From NCBI GenBank assembly GCA_963727625.1, contig CAVSHR010000002.1:32001-96000 (forward strand): a stretch of DNA of 64,000 nt. The letters are read 5' to 3'. Below are positions 1-10,478 of this stretch, in pieces. Below the pieces are notes generated by a model. It saw nothing but the letters and a program-made list of their open reading frames with translations. It was not told the DNA's origin and did not search any database. The stretch is from an uncultured delta proteobacterium (GTDB taxonomy: Bacteria > Desulfobacterota > Binatia > UBA9968). Position numbers and translations under genes: made by a program. The stretch's first letter is position 1; each line of letters opens with the position of its first letter.

Positions 1-283
1 GATCATGGATTCGCCGGTGCTGATTCTCGACGATTGCCTGTCCAGCGTCGACGCCCAAACCGAGGCGGAAATTTTGCACGGCCTGCGCGCGTTTCTCAAG
101 GAAAAGACCTGCCTGATCATCTCGCACCGAATTTCCGCGGTCAAAGAGGCGGACGAGATCCTCGTGCTCGACGAAGGCCGCATCATCGAGCGCGGCAACC
201 ACGAGGAACTCACCCGCCGCCGCGGCGTTTACGCAGATCTCTATCAGCAGCAGCGGCTCAGCGAGGAGCTCGAACAAATTTAA
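1..283 (+). CDS. ABC transporter ATP-binding/permease, C-terminal part (5' truncated by window edge)
   Basis: Walker B/D-loop [11 protein letters not shown] and H-loop IISHR; stop overlaps the next ATG (TAATG). Confidence 0.9.
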   Translation, partial: IMDSPVLILDDCLSSVDAQTEAEILHGLRAFLKEKTCLIISHRISAVKEADEILVLDEGRIIERGNHEELTRRRGVYADLYQQQRLSEELEQI

Positions 284-2100
284 TGGCACAGGCTTCACAC
301 CAAGAGGAAATTTTCGGCAAAGCCTACGATTTCCGACTGATCAAGCGCTTGTGGCATTTCATCGTCCCCTACAAGCGGCTTTTCCTAATGAGTCTCATGC
401 TCTTGCCGTTGCAGCAGGGCTTCGGCCTGGCGCAGCCCTATCTGATGAAAGTGGGCATCGATCGATTCATCGCGGGCAAGGATCTTTGGGGCTTGCAGAA
501 CGTCATGCTGCTGTTTTTCGTTGCCCTCGTCGGCGAAACGCTGGCGGCCTTCGGACAATATTATTTGTCGATGCTGGTGGCGCAGCGCTGCCTGGCCGAC
601 TTGCGCGTGGCAATCTTCAATCACGTGCAGAAGCTGCCGATGAGCTACTTCGATCGCAACCCGGTGGGCCGGCTGGTGACGCGCATGACCACCGACGTCG
701 ACGTGCTGCAGGAGATGTTTTCCTCCGGCGTGGTCACGCTGCTTGGCGATTTCATCATGGTCGGGTGGATTGTCGGCATCATGTTTTATCTCGACGTCAA
801 ACTCGCCCTGGTGTCTTTGGCGCTGATCCCGCCGATGGCGGTGGCGATCAATTTTTTTCGGGTCAAGGCGCGCCAGACCTACCGGCAAATTCGCGAGCGT
901 ATCGCGCGCATCAACGCGTATCTGGGCGAGGCGATTTCCGGCATGGCGGTGATCCAGCTGTTTGCCCGCGAAGAGAAAACATTTCGCGCATTCGATCGGC
1001 TCAACGCCGACCACCGCGACGCCTATCACTTGTCCAATCTCTATGAAGCGGGGCTCTACTCGATGGTCGAAGCCGCCGGCTCGGTCAGCGTCGGGTTGCT
1101 GCTCTGGTACGGCGGCGGCCAGGTGCTGCATGGCGCCATCGGCATAGGAACCCTGGTGGCCTTCAAAGAGTACCTGCACCGCTTTTTCGTGCCGCTGCGC
1201 GATTTCAGCCAGAAGTACGCGGTAATGCAGTCGGCGATGGCTTCGGCAGAAAGAATTTTTCAGCTGCTCGATACGCCCGAAGACATCCAAACCCCAAGCC
1301 GGGCGCTGGTGCCCAAGCCGTTCCGCGGCGAAGTGGTTTTCGACGATGTCTGGTTTCGCTACAGGGCCGACACGCCGGTTTTAAAAGGGGTGTCGTTCCG
1401 CATCGAGCCCGGGGAGCGGGTCGCGGTGGTCGGCGCCACCGGCTCGGGCAAGACCACGACGATCAAGCTGCTCAACCGTTCCTACGATATCGAGAAGGGC
1501 TCGATCCTGGTCGGCGGCATCGACGTGCGCCAGTGGGACCTAAGCGCGCTCCGCCGCCATATCGGGGTCGTGTTGCAGGACGTGTTTTTGTTTTCCGGCG
1601 ATGTGCGCACCAACCTCGCTCTGGGCAATCCGTCGATTCCGCTGGAACGGATCGAAGCCGCGGCGCGGGTCGCCAACGTGGACGAGTTCATCCGCCGCTT
1701 GCCCGACGGCTACGCCGCCCAGGTGCGCGAGCGCGGCAGCAATTTTTCCGGCGGCCAGCGCCAGCTCCTGGCGCTGGCCCGCGTTTTGGTTTATCAGCCG
1801 GAAATCCTCGTCATGGATGAGGCGACTTCGAGCATCGATTCAGAGACCGAAGGATTGATTCAAGACGCCTTGGAAAAGGTCATGCGCAACCGCACTTGTC
1901 TGTTGATTGCGCACCGGCTTTCGACCATCCGCAACGCCGACCGGATCATCGTGCTGCACCACGGCGAGGTGAGAGAAGTGGGCTCCCACGCCGAACTGAT
2001 GGAGCTGCGCGGCATTTATTACCGCTTGTACCAACTGCAATACGAGCGCGAAGAGTTAAGGCTTGCCGCGCCGCCAGCCGTGTTGAAGGCGAATGCCTAG
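283..2100 (+). CDS. MsbA/MdlB-like ABC exporter (TMD+NBD), second half of a heterodimer
   Basis: ATG at 283 coupled to upstream stop; TM region, Walker A GATGSGKT, signature FSGGQRQ, Walker B LVMDEAT. Confidence 0.92.
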   Translation: MAQASHQEEIFGKAYDFRLIKRLWHFIVPYKRLFLMSLMLLPLQQGFGLAQPYLMKVGIDRFIAGKDLWGLQNVMLLFFVALVGETLAAFGQYYLSMLVAQRCLADLRVAIFNHVQKLPMSYFDRNPVGRLVTRMTTDVDVLQEMFSSGVVTLLGDFIMVGWIVGIMFYLDVKLALVSLALIPPMAVAINFFRVKARQTYRQIRERIARINAYLGEAISGMAVIQLFAREEKTFRAFDRLNADHRDAYHLSNLYEAGLYSMVEAAGSVSVGLLLWYGGGQVLHGAIGIGTLVAFKEYLHRFFVPLRDFSQKYAVMQSAMASAERIFQLLDTPEDIQTPSRALVPKPFRGEVVFDDVWFRYRADTPVLKGVSFRIEPGERVAVVGATGSGKTTTIKLLNRSYDIEKGSILVGGIDVRQWDLSALRRHIGVVLQDVFLFSGDVRTNLALGNPSIPLERIEAAARVANVDEFIRRLPDGYAAQVRERGSNFSGGQRQLLALARVLVYQPEILVMDEATSSIDSETEGLIQDALEKVMRNRTCLLIAHRLSTIRNADRIIVLHHGEVREVGSHAELMELRGIYYRLYQLQYEREELRLAAPPAVLKANA

Positions 2101-3244
2101 CCCTGCCGCGACGAAAGGCCCGCCTGAATCGTCTCCGCTTGTTTTCCCGGCGCGGTGGAAACTATTTCATTGGTTCTTGCCGGCGTTGGCGGCAGCGCTA
2201 GCGGGGGCAACGCTGGCCGGCTGTTCGCCGCTCTACGTGCTGCGCGCGGCTTACGAGGAAGGCAAAATTCTCTGGCGCCGCGAGCCGATCGTCGAGCTCA
2301 TTCAAAATCCGCAGACGGTGCAGGATACCCAAGAAAAATTGCGGCTGGTGCTGGCCGTGCGCGATTACGCGCGCGACCGGCTCAAGTTCAACGTCGGCGG
2401 CAGCTATTCGAGCTACTCTTATGTCGACCGGCCGGATTTGACCTATATCGTCGTGGCGGCGCCGAAAACCGAGCTCAAGCCCTATACTTGGTGGTTCCTG
2501 ATCGTCGGCAGCGTGCCGTACAAGGGATTTTTCGAGAAAGAAGAAGCTCAGGCGGAAATCGAAAGATTGAAAGCCCAGGGCTACGACACCAATCTACGCA
2601 CTTCGGCCGCCTTCAGCACGCTGGGCTGGTTCGACGATCCGTTGCTGTCTCATTTGCTCAAGTACGACAAAGTCGTGCTGAGCAGCATCGTATTTCACGA
2701 GCTGTTTCACAACACGCTTTACGTGAAGGGGGCGGGCGCCTTCAACGAGAGCTCGGCAAACTTCATCGGCCACCGCGCCGCCATCGATTTTTTTCGCGAA
2801 CGTTCCGGTGCGGGTAGCGCGGATTATCTACGGGCGGTTCAGTTGTGGGACGAGGAAAAGGAATTTGGCGCGTTCATCGCCGAAGTGGCCGGCACGCTCG
2901 ACGAGCTTTACGGCCGGGATATCCCGCGCGAGGACAAGCTGCGCCTGCGCGAGGAGGTCTTCGCACGCAGCAAGGCGGAATGGTCGCGCCGTATTGCCGA
3001 CCGGCCGGACCATCGCTTTCGCGGTTTCAGCCATCAATCGCTCAACAACGCGATCCTGATGCACTACATCGTCTATCTCAAAGATCTCGATCTCTTCGAA
3101 ACGCTCTATAACGCATCGGGCAAAGACCTGCGGCGCACGGTGGCGTCACTGGAGCGCGCTACCGCGTCGGGCGGTGAACCGTTTGCTTCCGTTCGCGCCA
3201 TGCTCGAGAAAAACCAGAAAAAACTTCTGGCGGTGGGGCAGTAG
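2093..3244 (+). CDS. Putative zinc aminopeptidase (lipoprotein-like)
   Basis: LAGC lipobox-like motif, STLGWFDDP, HELFH metal motif, FNES. Confidence 0.8.
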   Translation: MPSPAATKGPPESSPLVFPARWKLFHWFLPALAAALAGATLAGCSPLYVLRAAYEEGKILWRREPIVELIQNPQTVQDTQEKLRLVLAVRDYARDRLKFNVGGSYSSYSYVDRPDLTYIVVAAPKTELKPYTWWFLIVGSVPYKGFFEKEEAQAEIERLKAQGYDTNLRTSAAFSTLGWFDDPLLSHLLKYDKVVLSSIVFHELFHNTLYVKGAGAFNESSANFIGHRAAIDFFRERSGAGSADYLRAVQLWDEEKEFGAFIAEVAGTLDELYGRDIPREDKLRLREEVFARSKAEWSRRIADRPDHRFRGFSHQSLNNAILMHYIVYLKDLDLFETLYNASGKDLRRTVASLERATASGGEPFASVRAMLEKNQKKLLAVGQ

Positions 3245-3360
3245 CGGCTGGAATGACGATCCGGTAATGCTTCGTCCGCTTGGTGCATCGCTATAGCAAA
3301 AAGTTCTCGCAGCCGGCGCAAATTTGCCGGCAGTTCAAAAATGCAGCATGTCGGGATTCA

Positions 3361-3596
3361 CTCGCGCCAAGCCTGTCTTGAGCGAGGTCGAAGGGCGCCA
3401 AGCGAGCCGCAGACAAATTCGCAATCCGAAGCTCCAAATCCGAAACAAACGAAGCGGCCAAATACTAAAACTCGAAATTCAAAATGAACGCGTTTGAAAA
3501 ATTTCCGAGTTTTGATCATCTGGATTTGTTTCGAATTTCGGATTTCGAGCTTTTTGGCTGCTGCTTTGCTTTGCGGCCTTGGCGTCTTTGCGCGAG
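3361..3596. repeat. Composite palindromic intergenic element with inverted heptamer repeats
   Basis: Ends CTCGCGCCAAG / CTTTGCGCGAG; inner AAATTCG/AAATCCG units inverted against TTTCGAATTTCGGATTTCG; first ~42 bp recur at 50661-50703. Confidence 0.65.
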
Positions 3597-3624
3597 ATAA
3601 ACCGGCTTCCGTCAACCCGCTAAA

Positions 3625-4497
3625 TTATTTTTGACCGTCCGTGACGCTCTTAAACCGCCGGATCGCGTCCATATGCGCGGCGGGCGAATTCAATCCCGCC
3701 TTCATGGTGTTAAAGCTCAAGTGCGTGACGCCGAGAGACTGCCAGGCTTGCAGCTCTTTGAGCCATGCCTCCGGCGCACCCTGGCCATAGGCGATTCTTC
3801 CTTCGATGCCGATTTCGTCCGGCTTGCGGCCGGCTTCGCGGGCGTAGTCGTGAACCTTGGCGATCGCAGCCCGGCATTTCTCGTCCGGAACCATCAGCGG
3901 AAACCAGCCGTCGCCAAGCCTAGCGAGACGTCGTAGCGCACGCTCGTCGGTGGCACCGAACCAGATCGGGATGGGCCGCTGCACCGGCAGCGGCTTGATG
4001 CCGGCGTCGACGACCTTGTCCCAGCGGCCGTCGAAGGTTACGAGTTCCTGAGTCCATAGTTTTCGCAGCAACTCGACCTGTTCTTCGGAGCGCCGGCCGC
4101 GGCTCTTGAAATCTTGACCGAGGGCTTCATATTCCACCGGATTCCAGCCGATGCCGATACCCAAACGGAGCCGTCCGCCGCTGAGCACATCGAGCGCCGC
4201 CGCCTGTTTGGCGACCAGCACGGTTTGGCGCTGCGGTAAAATAATGATGCCGGTGACCAATTCGAGGTTTTTCGTAAGCCCGGCGAGATAACCGAACAGA
4301 ACAAACGGTTCGTGAAACATGTCTAAATGACTGTAAGGCGGTCGCCAGCCTGGACGGCTGGCGAGGTTAGCGCCGACGACGTGATCGTAGGCCAGAATAT
4401 GGGTAAAACCCAAGCCCTCGGCTGCCTGGGCGTAATCTTTGACGGCGGCTGCGTCGCTGCCAATTTCAGTCTGAGGAAATACCACGCCAATTCGCAT
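3625..4497 (-). CDS. LLM-class (luciferase-like, probably F420-dependent) oxidoreductase
   Basis: MRIGVVFPQ start; AEGLGF..YDH, LPQRQ..LVAKQAA.LDVLSGGRL.LG.GIGW motifs. Confidence 0.88.
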   Translation of the reverse strand: MRIGVVFPQTEIGSDAAAVKDYAQAAEGLGFTHILAYDHVVGANLASRPGWRPPYSHLDMFHEPFVLFGYLAGLTKNLELVTGIIILPQRQTVLVAKQAAALDVLSGGRLRLGIGIGWNPVEYEALGQDFKSRGRRSEEQVELLRKLWTQELVTFDGRWDKVVDAGIKPLPVQRPIPIWFGATDERALRRLARLGDGWFPLMVPDEKCRAAIAKVHDYAREAGRKPDEIGIEGRIAYGQGAPEAWLKELQAWQSLGVTHLSFNTMKAGLNSPAAHMDAIRRFKSVTDGQK

Positions 4498-4616
4498 AGA
4501 AGTCTCCTTGTCGGCTCTTAGTTTTGGGAAATCCAAGGGTTTTTACGGTCCTATTGAGCCCCTGATTTTTCATTTTAGAGTACGCAAATTTACCAGTGAA
4601 TTTAAGACCCTCGAGC

Positions 4617-4647
4617 TTGACATTAACTTTTAGGCACCTAGGATACT
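4617..4647 (+). promoter_or_regulatory. Candidate sigma70 promoter of htpX
   Basis: Perfect TTGACA at 4617-4622; TAGGAT 16 nt later (or GATACT 19 nt later); GGAGGA RBS precedes ATG 4667. Confidence 0.45.
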
Positions 4648-4666
4648 CTCATAGGGAGGAAATCAT

Positions 4667-5542
4667 ATGAATGGCTTTCGCACCACGATTCTACTGGCTG
4701 CCTTGACGGCGCTGGTGGTCTGGATCGGCCATATGTTTGGCGGGCCGAACGGGGCGGTCTTGGCCCTGGTGATGGCCGGCGCCATGAATTTTTTCAGCTA
4801 CTGGTTCAGCGACAAAATCGTTCTCAAGATGTACGGCGGACAAGAAATCAGCGCCAACGATGATCCCGAGCTCTTTGGATTGGTCCGAGACTTAACGGGC
4901 AGAGCCGGATTGCCGATGCCCAAAGTCTACCTCATACCGGAGGAGGCGCCCAATGCCTTCGCCACCGGGCGTAATCCCGAACATGCGGCGGTTGCCGTGA
5001 CCCAAGGGATTCGACGCATTCTCAACAAACGCGAGCTTGCCGGCGTTCTCGGACACGAGCTCAGCCATGTCAAACACCGCGACATTCTCATCAGCAGCAT
5101 CGCCGCCACGCTTGCCGGCGCGATCAGTTACCTGGCGTATATGGCGCAGTGGGCGGCGATCTTCGGCGGCGGCAGCCGCGACCGCGAGGGCGGCAGCAAT
5201 ATCTTCGGCCTGCTCTTCATGATAATCGTCGCGCCGATGGCGGCGATGTTGATTCAGATGGCGGTTTCCCGATCGCGAGAGTACATGGCCGATGCCGGCG
5301 GCGCAAAAGTTACCGGCGATCCGCTAGCGTTGGCAAGCGCCCTGCGCAAGCTCCATATGGGCGCGCAGAACATTCCGCTTCAAGTAAGCGACGCCACGGC
5401 CAACTCGACGGCGCATATGTTCATCGTCAACCCGCTCACCGGCGGCGGCTTGAAAAATCTTTTCAGCACCCACCCAGCCATGGAAGAGCGCATCGCCCGG
5501 CTCGAGGCGATGGCCAAAGATATGAGCTACATGAGGAGCTAA
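4667..5542 (+). CDS. htpX: Zinc metalloprotease HtpX
   Basis: PNAFATG, GHELSH (HExxH), SRSREY.AD, FSTHP motifs. Confidence 0.95.
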   Translation: MNGFRTTILLAALTALVVWIGHMFGGPNGAVLALVMAGAMNFFSYWFSDKIVLKMYGGQEISANDDPELFGLVRDLTGRAGLPMPKVYLIPEEAPNAFATGRNPEHAAVAVTQGIRRILNKRELAGVLGHELSHVKHRDILISSIAATLAGAISYLAYMAQWAAIFGGGSRDREGGSNIFGLLFMIIVAPMAAMLIQMAVSRSREYMADAGGAKVTGDPLALASALRKLHMGAQNIPLQVSDATANSTAHMFIVNPLTGGGLKNLFSTHPAMEERIARLEAMAKDMSYMRS

Positions 5543-5550
5543 AGCCCATG

Positions 5551-6219
5551 TCAAAGTCTCGCAACCAGCGGCGTCAATACTTTTTCTTCCAACCAGGCCG
5601 AGAGGTCGGAAAGGCTCCTTGGCCTGATTTCATGTCCCATCTCATACTCCCGGTAAGTGAGCGGCAGATTTAACTGGCGCAGGGTTTCCACCGAGCTTCG
5701 CGCGCGGTCGACTTCGATCATCGAATCCTGCGTGCCGTGCTGCACCAGCGTGGGCAGTGATTGAACCGCGTCGTCGATATTCAATTGCGGCAGCAGCTCC
5801 TTCGGCAGCCAACTGCTGAGCACGGCGAGCGCGGTAAATCGTTCGGGATTTGCCAGCGCCAAGCTATACGCCATTCCTCCGCCCTGGCTAAAGCCGAGCA
5901 GAACAAGCTTCCTGACGTCGATCGGATAGGAATCAACGCACTCATCGAGAAAGGCCCGTAATTTTTTCTGCGATGCCAAGATGGCGTCGATATTCGGCGG
6001 CCCGCCCATGCTCATCGGATACCAGGCGTATCCAACGGCGTTCGGGCCGGTGGGGGTTTCGAGCGGGCCCTGCGGGCAGATCATCATGAACTTGCCGCGG
6101 CAGAGATAGGGCGCCAGCCCGAGCAGATCAAAAGCGTTGGCGCCGCGGCCGTGCAGAGTCAGGATCGTCGGAAACGGGCCAGGACCGGTTGGTTGGTAAA
6201 GCGTATGAATGAGTTCCAC
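5551..6219 (-). CDS. Phospholipase/carboxylesterase (alpha/beta hydrolase)
   Basis: LHGRG, GFSQG nucleophile, HGTQD, MGHEI. Confidence 0.9.
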   Translation of the reverse strand: MELIHTLYQPTGPGPFPTILTLHGRGANAFDLLGLAPYLCRGKFMMICPQGPLETPTGPNAVGYAWYPMSMGGPPNIDAILASQKKLRAFLDECVDSYPIDVRKLVLLGFSQGGGMAYSLALANPERFTALAVLSSWLPKELLPQLNIDDAVQSLPTLVQHGTQDSMIEVDRARSSVETLRQLNLPLTYREYEMGHEIRPRSLSDLSAWLEEKVLTPLVARL

Positions 6220-6244
6220 AGGGAACCTCCGTAAGCAATTGCTG

Positions 6245-7936
6245 TTAGTCTCTTAGCTGCTCCAGTTTGTTAATACCCGCGCGCAACGAAAACGCGATCA
6301 CGGCGCCGGTCAATGCCGCGACAATGGCTAGCGAGGGAGCGATGAGCCGCCAAGTCGGCACAACGGCATGTCCGGGGCGCAAAGAAGCCACGGCGAGCTG
6401 GTAGATCGGCCAGGCTTCGATCATGACCACCAGGGCGATGAAACCGACGCTGGCGATCATCGACACCGCGCCGCCGAAACTGGTGGGAATCTCCGCGGCG
6501 TTATCATAATTAAAGTTAGGATAAAGCGCGCCGAAACCGACGCCGATGGCGGCGATGCCGAAGGTCATCAGGCAAACCGTGATCAGCGAGAGCGCCATCA
6601 TCCAGCCCGGCACTTGCAGCAGCAGATTGCTCAAAAACACCAGCGACGCGCCCAAGAACAGCAAGGGCACGGCGATCAACCAGAACTTGCTCCACAACAA
6701 GGCGCGCAACGACACCGGCGCGCATTGCACAATCCAAAAAGCCTTACCTTCCAAACTAATCGCCGGAAAGGCGAAGCGCACAGCGACCGCGCTCAAAACG
6801 AAACCGGCGAGCGCCAAGTTGGCAAAAGACACCACCGTGCGGATGGTTGCCGCCGGCATCGGCGAACGATCCAGCGGCAGAACTTTGAAGTTGTACAGAT
6901 AGACCACGATCAGCGCGAGCAAGAGAAACAGTTGCGACCACTGAGTCGTATCACGCACAAAGGTCTTGATGTCTTTCACCATGATCGCCCGGGTAGGGCC
7001 GGGAAACAACAGGGTGATCCGCTCGAGGACGCGGTCGAACCAGACCAACTTGCGCCGGCCCTGGCGCGACTCCTGGGCCTTGGACCAGCCGTCAAGATAA
7101 AGCGCGCCGCAAACCCAGGAGGCCGCCAAGGGAAGAAACAGCGCGTAGCTTGCGAGCAAAGCGAAGAAGAACCCTTGTTCTACCTCCCGGTTAAATAAGG
7201 TGCCGGCCAAAATTTCGACGGACCAGCTGCTCGGTAAATACGGCGAAGAGGGTGTTTCCATGGCGCGCAAGAACTGCATGAAGTTGCCAAAGGTTTCCGG
7301 CTGGACCAGGCGCTCCGGTTGGGACATGCGAAAAAGAAAAAATATAACGATGAAGGCGAACAGACCGATGAAGAACAGAATGTCGCGGATTCGTTTGGCG
7401 GGAAGGCAGTAAACCAACAAGTGCGTGAGCAAAATCGCCGTTGCCGCCGGAATCACCAGAAACAGCGGCAAGATGAGCGCGACCCAGAGGTAAAGCACCC
7501 AGCCGCCGCCGAACACCGAGCCGTAGGCGGCGAAGATCGGCAGGCTGAAGAACAACACCATCCACGAAGAATTGATCGTCGTAGTGATCAGCCGCGCGTA
7601 GAAAAACGCGTCGCGCGAAACCGGCGCGGCGTGCAGCAAATCCAGATCCCGGGAAAGAAAAAAGGTCGAAAGCGAGGCGACCAGGTTGCTGAATAAAAGC
7701 AGGGATAGAAAGGTCAACAGAATGATCAGCAACAGTTGGTAAGCCAGGCCGGGGCCGAGGTCGAAAACGGTTTCAAAATAGCGCAACACGCGCCGGATGA
7801 CCCAATAGGTGCCGAGCCAAAAAATGGCGGCGAGCGCGATGAGCAGGACGCGCCGGGCCCAAGAGCCGCCGCCGCGCAGAAGAGTATTCTTCCACGACAG
7901 CCACATCGGCGAGAGCAACAGCGCGACGGTGCTCAT
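6245..7936 (-). CDS. Multi-pass ABC exporter permease
   Basis: Many TM segments in two halves; overlaps the ATPase gene by 4 nt. Confidence 0.8.
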   Translation of the reverse strand: MSTVALLLSPMWLSWKNTLLRGGGSWARRVLLIALAAIFWLGTYWVIRRVLRYFETVFDLGPGLAYQLLLIILLTFLSLLLFSNLVASLSTFFLSRDLDLLHAAPVSRDAFFYARLITTTINSSWMVLFFSLPIFAAYGSVFGGGWVLYLWVALILPLFLVIPAATAILLTHLLVYCLPAKRIRDILFFIGLFAFIVIFFLFRMSQPERLVQPETFGNFMQFLRAMETPSSPYLPSSWSVEILAGTLFNREVEQGFFFALLASYALFLPLAASWVCGALYLDGWSKAQESRQGRRKLVWFDRVLERITLLFPGPTRAIMVKDIKTFVRDTTQWSQLFLLLALIVVYLYNFKVLPLDRSPMPAATIRTVVSFANLALAGFVLSAVAVRFAFPAISLEGKAFWIVQCAPVSLRALLWSKFWLIAVPLLFLGASLVFLSNLLLQVPGWMMALSLITVCLMTFGIAAIGVGFGALYPNFNYDNAAEIPTSFGGAVSMIASVGFIALVVMIEAWPIYQLAVASLRPGHAVVPTWRLIAPSLAIVAALTGAVIAFSLRAGINKLEQLRD

Positions 7937-8691
7937 CGCTGGTATCCGGTCGCGGTCACTTCGCGCTCCTGGTCTCGGGTCAGCTCGAGAAAGACGCTTT
8001 CGAGGTTGCCGTGACGGCCGGCGGCTTGCTCATGCAGCTCGGCCATCGTGCTGCAGGCGATCAAGCGCCCTTTTTGAATAATGCCGATACGGTGGCAAAT
8101 CTCTTCGGCGATGCCGATGCTATGGGTGGAAAGAAACACCGTGGTGCCTTTTTTCGCCAGCGAGCAAAATAGGTCCTTGATGGTGCGCGCGCCCCTGGGA
8201 TCCATTCCGACCATCGGTTCGTCGACGATCAGGATGCGCGGTTCATGGATCAGCGCGGCGCAGAACACCAAGCGCTGTTTCATGCCGTGGGAGTAGCTTT
8301 CCACCAATTCATCTTTCCAATGGGTCAATTCGAGATGTTCCAAAAGCTCGGCGATCCGCTGCGCGAGGCGCCGGTTCTCGATCCGATGGAGTTTGCCGAT
8401 GAATTCGAGAAATTCAGCGCCGCTCAGCTTTTCGTAGATAAAGGGCCGGTCGGGAATGAACCCGGTGATCGCCTTGGCTTTCTGCGCCGCGCTCACGACG
8501 TCGTGGCCGTCGAGCAAAACCTGTCCCGAGGTGGCCTTCAGGATGCCCATCATGACGCGGATCGTGGTCGTCTTGCCGGCGCCGTTGGGGCCGAGGAAGC
8601 CGAAGATTTGCCCTGCCGGCACTTCGAGATTGAGGCTGTCGACTGCGGTGAGCGCACCGTAGTTTTTGATCAGGTTGATGAGCTGGATCAT
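7933..8691 (-). CDS. ABC transporter ATP-binding protein
   Basis: GPNGAGKTT, YSHGMKQR, IVDEP. Confidence 0.93.
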   Translation of the reverse strand: MIQLINLIKNYGALTAVDSLNLEVPAGQIFGFLGPNGAGKTTTIRVMMGILKATSGQVLLDGHDVVSAAQKAKAITGFIPDRPFIYEKLSGAEFLEFIGKLHRIENRRLAQRIAELLEHLELTHWKDELVESYSHGMKQRLVFCAALIHEPRILIVDEPMVGMDPRGARTIKDLFCSLAKKGTTVFLSTHSIGIAEEICHRIGIIQKGRLIACSTMAELHEQAAGRHGNLESVFLELTRDQEREVTATGYQR

Positions 8692-8695
8692 TCTA

Positions 8696-8772
8696 TTTTG
8701 GATTTTGAATTGCCGATTTTAGATTGAAATTTGGAATCCCAGTCCGAGAATCTAAAATCCAAAATCGAAAAT
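8696..8772. repeat. Inverted heptamer-repeat hairpin
   Basis: TTTTGGA TTTTGAA TTGCCGA TTTTAGA ... AATCTAA AATCCAA AATCGAA. Confidence 0.65.
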
Positions 8773-8781
8773 GTTGCCTTC

Positions 8782-10233
8782 CTACAAGACTTCTATTCTT
8801 AGATTGCCGATCAGTTGCAGGATGTCGATCTGGCGGTCGATTTCGCCCTCGAGAAATTTCACATGGGTGACGTCGGCGGGGAACTGATTCAAGGCCGAGT
8901 CGAGGGACACCCAGTCGCCGAGCCAGATCTCGGACCAGGCGTGATAGTAAAACGCGCCGCGCAAATAGACCACGCCAACGACGGTTTTGGCGGGAATGCC
9001 GGCGGCGCGGGCCAGAGCGTTGAACAGCACCGTGTGTTCGTTACAATCACCTTTTTTGGTCCGCAGCACCTCAAGGGCGTTGGGGATGCTCACGGTCGGC
9101 TCTTTGGCGATTTCTTTGTACACCCAATCTTTGATTTTCAGCGCGGCCCTCAGTGCGTTGGTTTCACCATGCAAAATTTGCGCGCTGAGCGCGCGGATGC
9201 TCGGGTGATCCGACTGCAGGAAGGGGGTCGGCTGCAAGTAGGATTGCAAACGCGCTTGCTTGATCGGAATCTTGTACGCGCTGACTTGCCTTAGTTCTTC
9301 GCGGTGGATTTCCAATCGATCGCCGTCGAGGCGCTGGCGGCCGCCGGTGAGCTGGAAGTTGCCGAGATGGATGCCGCTGAGTCTTAACCGGATCGCTTGT
9401 TTCGCCAGCGCATCCGGGATCGGCGTTGCCACCGGGATGGCGGTTTGAGCGACGATATCCAAAGACACGCCGCGCGAAGGCAGATTCTTGGCCTCCTCCG
9501 AGCTCTGGCGTAGGAGCGACAAACCGGCGGGAGACTCTTCCTTGAGTGTGCGGCCCTGCCCGTCGACCCAGGAAAGCACCGAGATGCCGCGAAAGCTTTG
9601 GCGCAACTTGATCGCCGGTTCGGTGTGATCACCGATGCGGATCTGCTCCCGGCCTTCGATGACGACCGTGGTGACTTGCTGTGAAAGCGTGGAGGGGTCG
9701 AAAGTCGAAAAAAAGAATTTCTTGCCGGTCTCCAATTGCTGGGTGACGACGTAGGGTTTGAGCGCCGCGAGCAGATAGGGTGCTTGAGTCAAGGCAATCT
9801 CCCGCTTGGACTCGTTACCTGCGGAATCGACTTCTAACACGAGTTTGCCTTCGTGCACCGCGCCACGCGCGCCGAAGCGGATATCTTTTGAGGCGAGCTC
9901 GAAGTCGAATCGTTCCAAGATCCAGTCTTCGTTGGCGTCCATCTCGAGGCGCGTCCTGGCCGGCTGAACGGAGCCGAGCAGGTTTAGATTCAAGACCGAC
10001 TGGTCGCGCAGAGTGTAGCCTTTGGGCCTGGGCGTGATGGTTTGCGAGGCGTAGCCGATTTTTTCGCCGCGGTAAAAAATCCCCCACCACTCCTCAATGT
10101 TCTCGGAGATCTTCTCGGTGCCGCGCAGGGTGATGACCGGCGGCGGCGCGGCGATCTGGCGCTTGACGAGCAGAACGTTCATCGCGCACCAGAAAAGCAC
10201 GATGACGACGCCGATGGATTGCTTAGCGAGCAT
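8782..10233 (-). CDS. Membrane-anchored/secreted transglutaminase-like domain protein
   Basis: N-terminal hydrophobic segment; GDCNEH...HAWSE...SLD Cys-His-Asp triad. Confidence 0.85.
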   Translation of the reverse strand: MLAKQSIGVVIVLFWCAMNVLLVKRQIAAPPPVITLRGTEKISENIEEWWGIFYRGEKIGYASQTITPRPKGYTLRDQSVLNLNLLGSVQPARTRLEMDANEDWILERFDFELASKDIRFGARGAVHEGKLVLEVDSAGNESKREIALTQAPYLLAALKPYVVTQQLETGKKFFFSTFDPSTLSQQVTTVVIEGREQIRIGDHTEPAIKLRQSFRGISVLSWVDGQGRTLKEESPAGLSLLRQSSEEAKNLPSRGVSLDIVAQTAIPVATPIPDALAKQAIRLRLSGIHLGNFQLTGGRQRLDGDRLEIHREELRQVSAYKIPIKQARLQSYLQPTPFLQSDHPSIRALSAQILHGETNALRAALKIKDWVYKEIAKEPTVSIPNALEVLRTKKGDCNEHTVLFNALARAAGIPAKTVVGVVYLRGAFYYHAWSEIWLGDWVSLDSALNQFPADVTHVKFLEGEIDRQIDILQLIGNLRIEVL

Positions 10234-10370
10234 GCGGTAGAGAATATATGGTAAAGGCTTAGATCGGCGGGATCAATTGAAGAAGAGAAAATAATTGGGC
10301 GATAAGGATTTCATGCGGGAATTTGCGCCGGGGCCCTTCCAGCTCATGGCGAGGAAGGACTTGGATTTTG

Positions 10371-10446
10371 CACCGCGGAGGCGCAGAGTCCGCATCGAGA
10401 CGTTGACATGAGACTCTGCGATCTCTGGGTCTACTCTGTGGTGAAT
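10371..10446. repeat. Imperfect palindromic intergenic repeat
   Basis: CACCGCGGAGGCGCAGAG ... CTCTGCG...CTCTGTGGTG inverted arms. Confidence 0.4.
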
Positions 10447-10478
10447 CCGCCTTCACGGTAAGCCTGGAAGAACCACGA

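Noticed and set aside
34-282. N-terminal extensions in the ORF track (also 56799-56984, 56801-56923, 51335-51472, 49985-50056)
   Set aside because: Downstream starts fit RBS position, translational coupling and family N-termini better.
3361-3596. CRISPR array in the repeat-rich intergenic regions
   Set aside because: Repeats are degenerate, inverted and about 7-nt periodic, with no constant repeat-spacer pattern and no cas genes.
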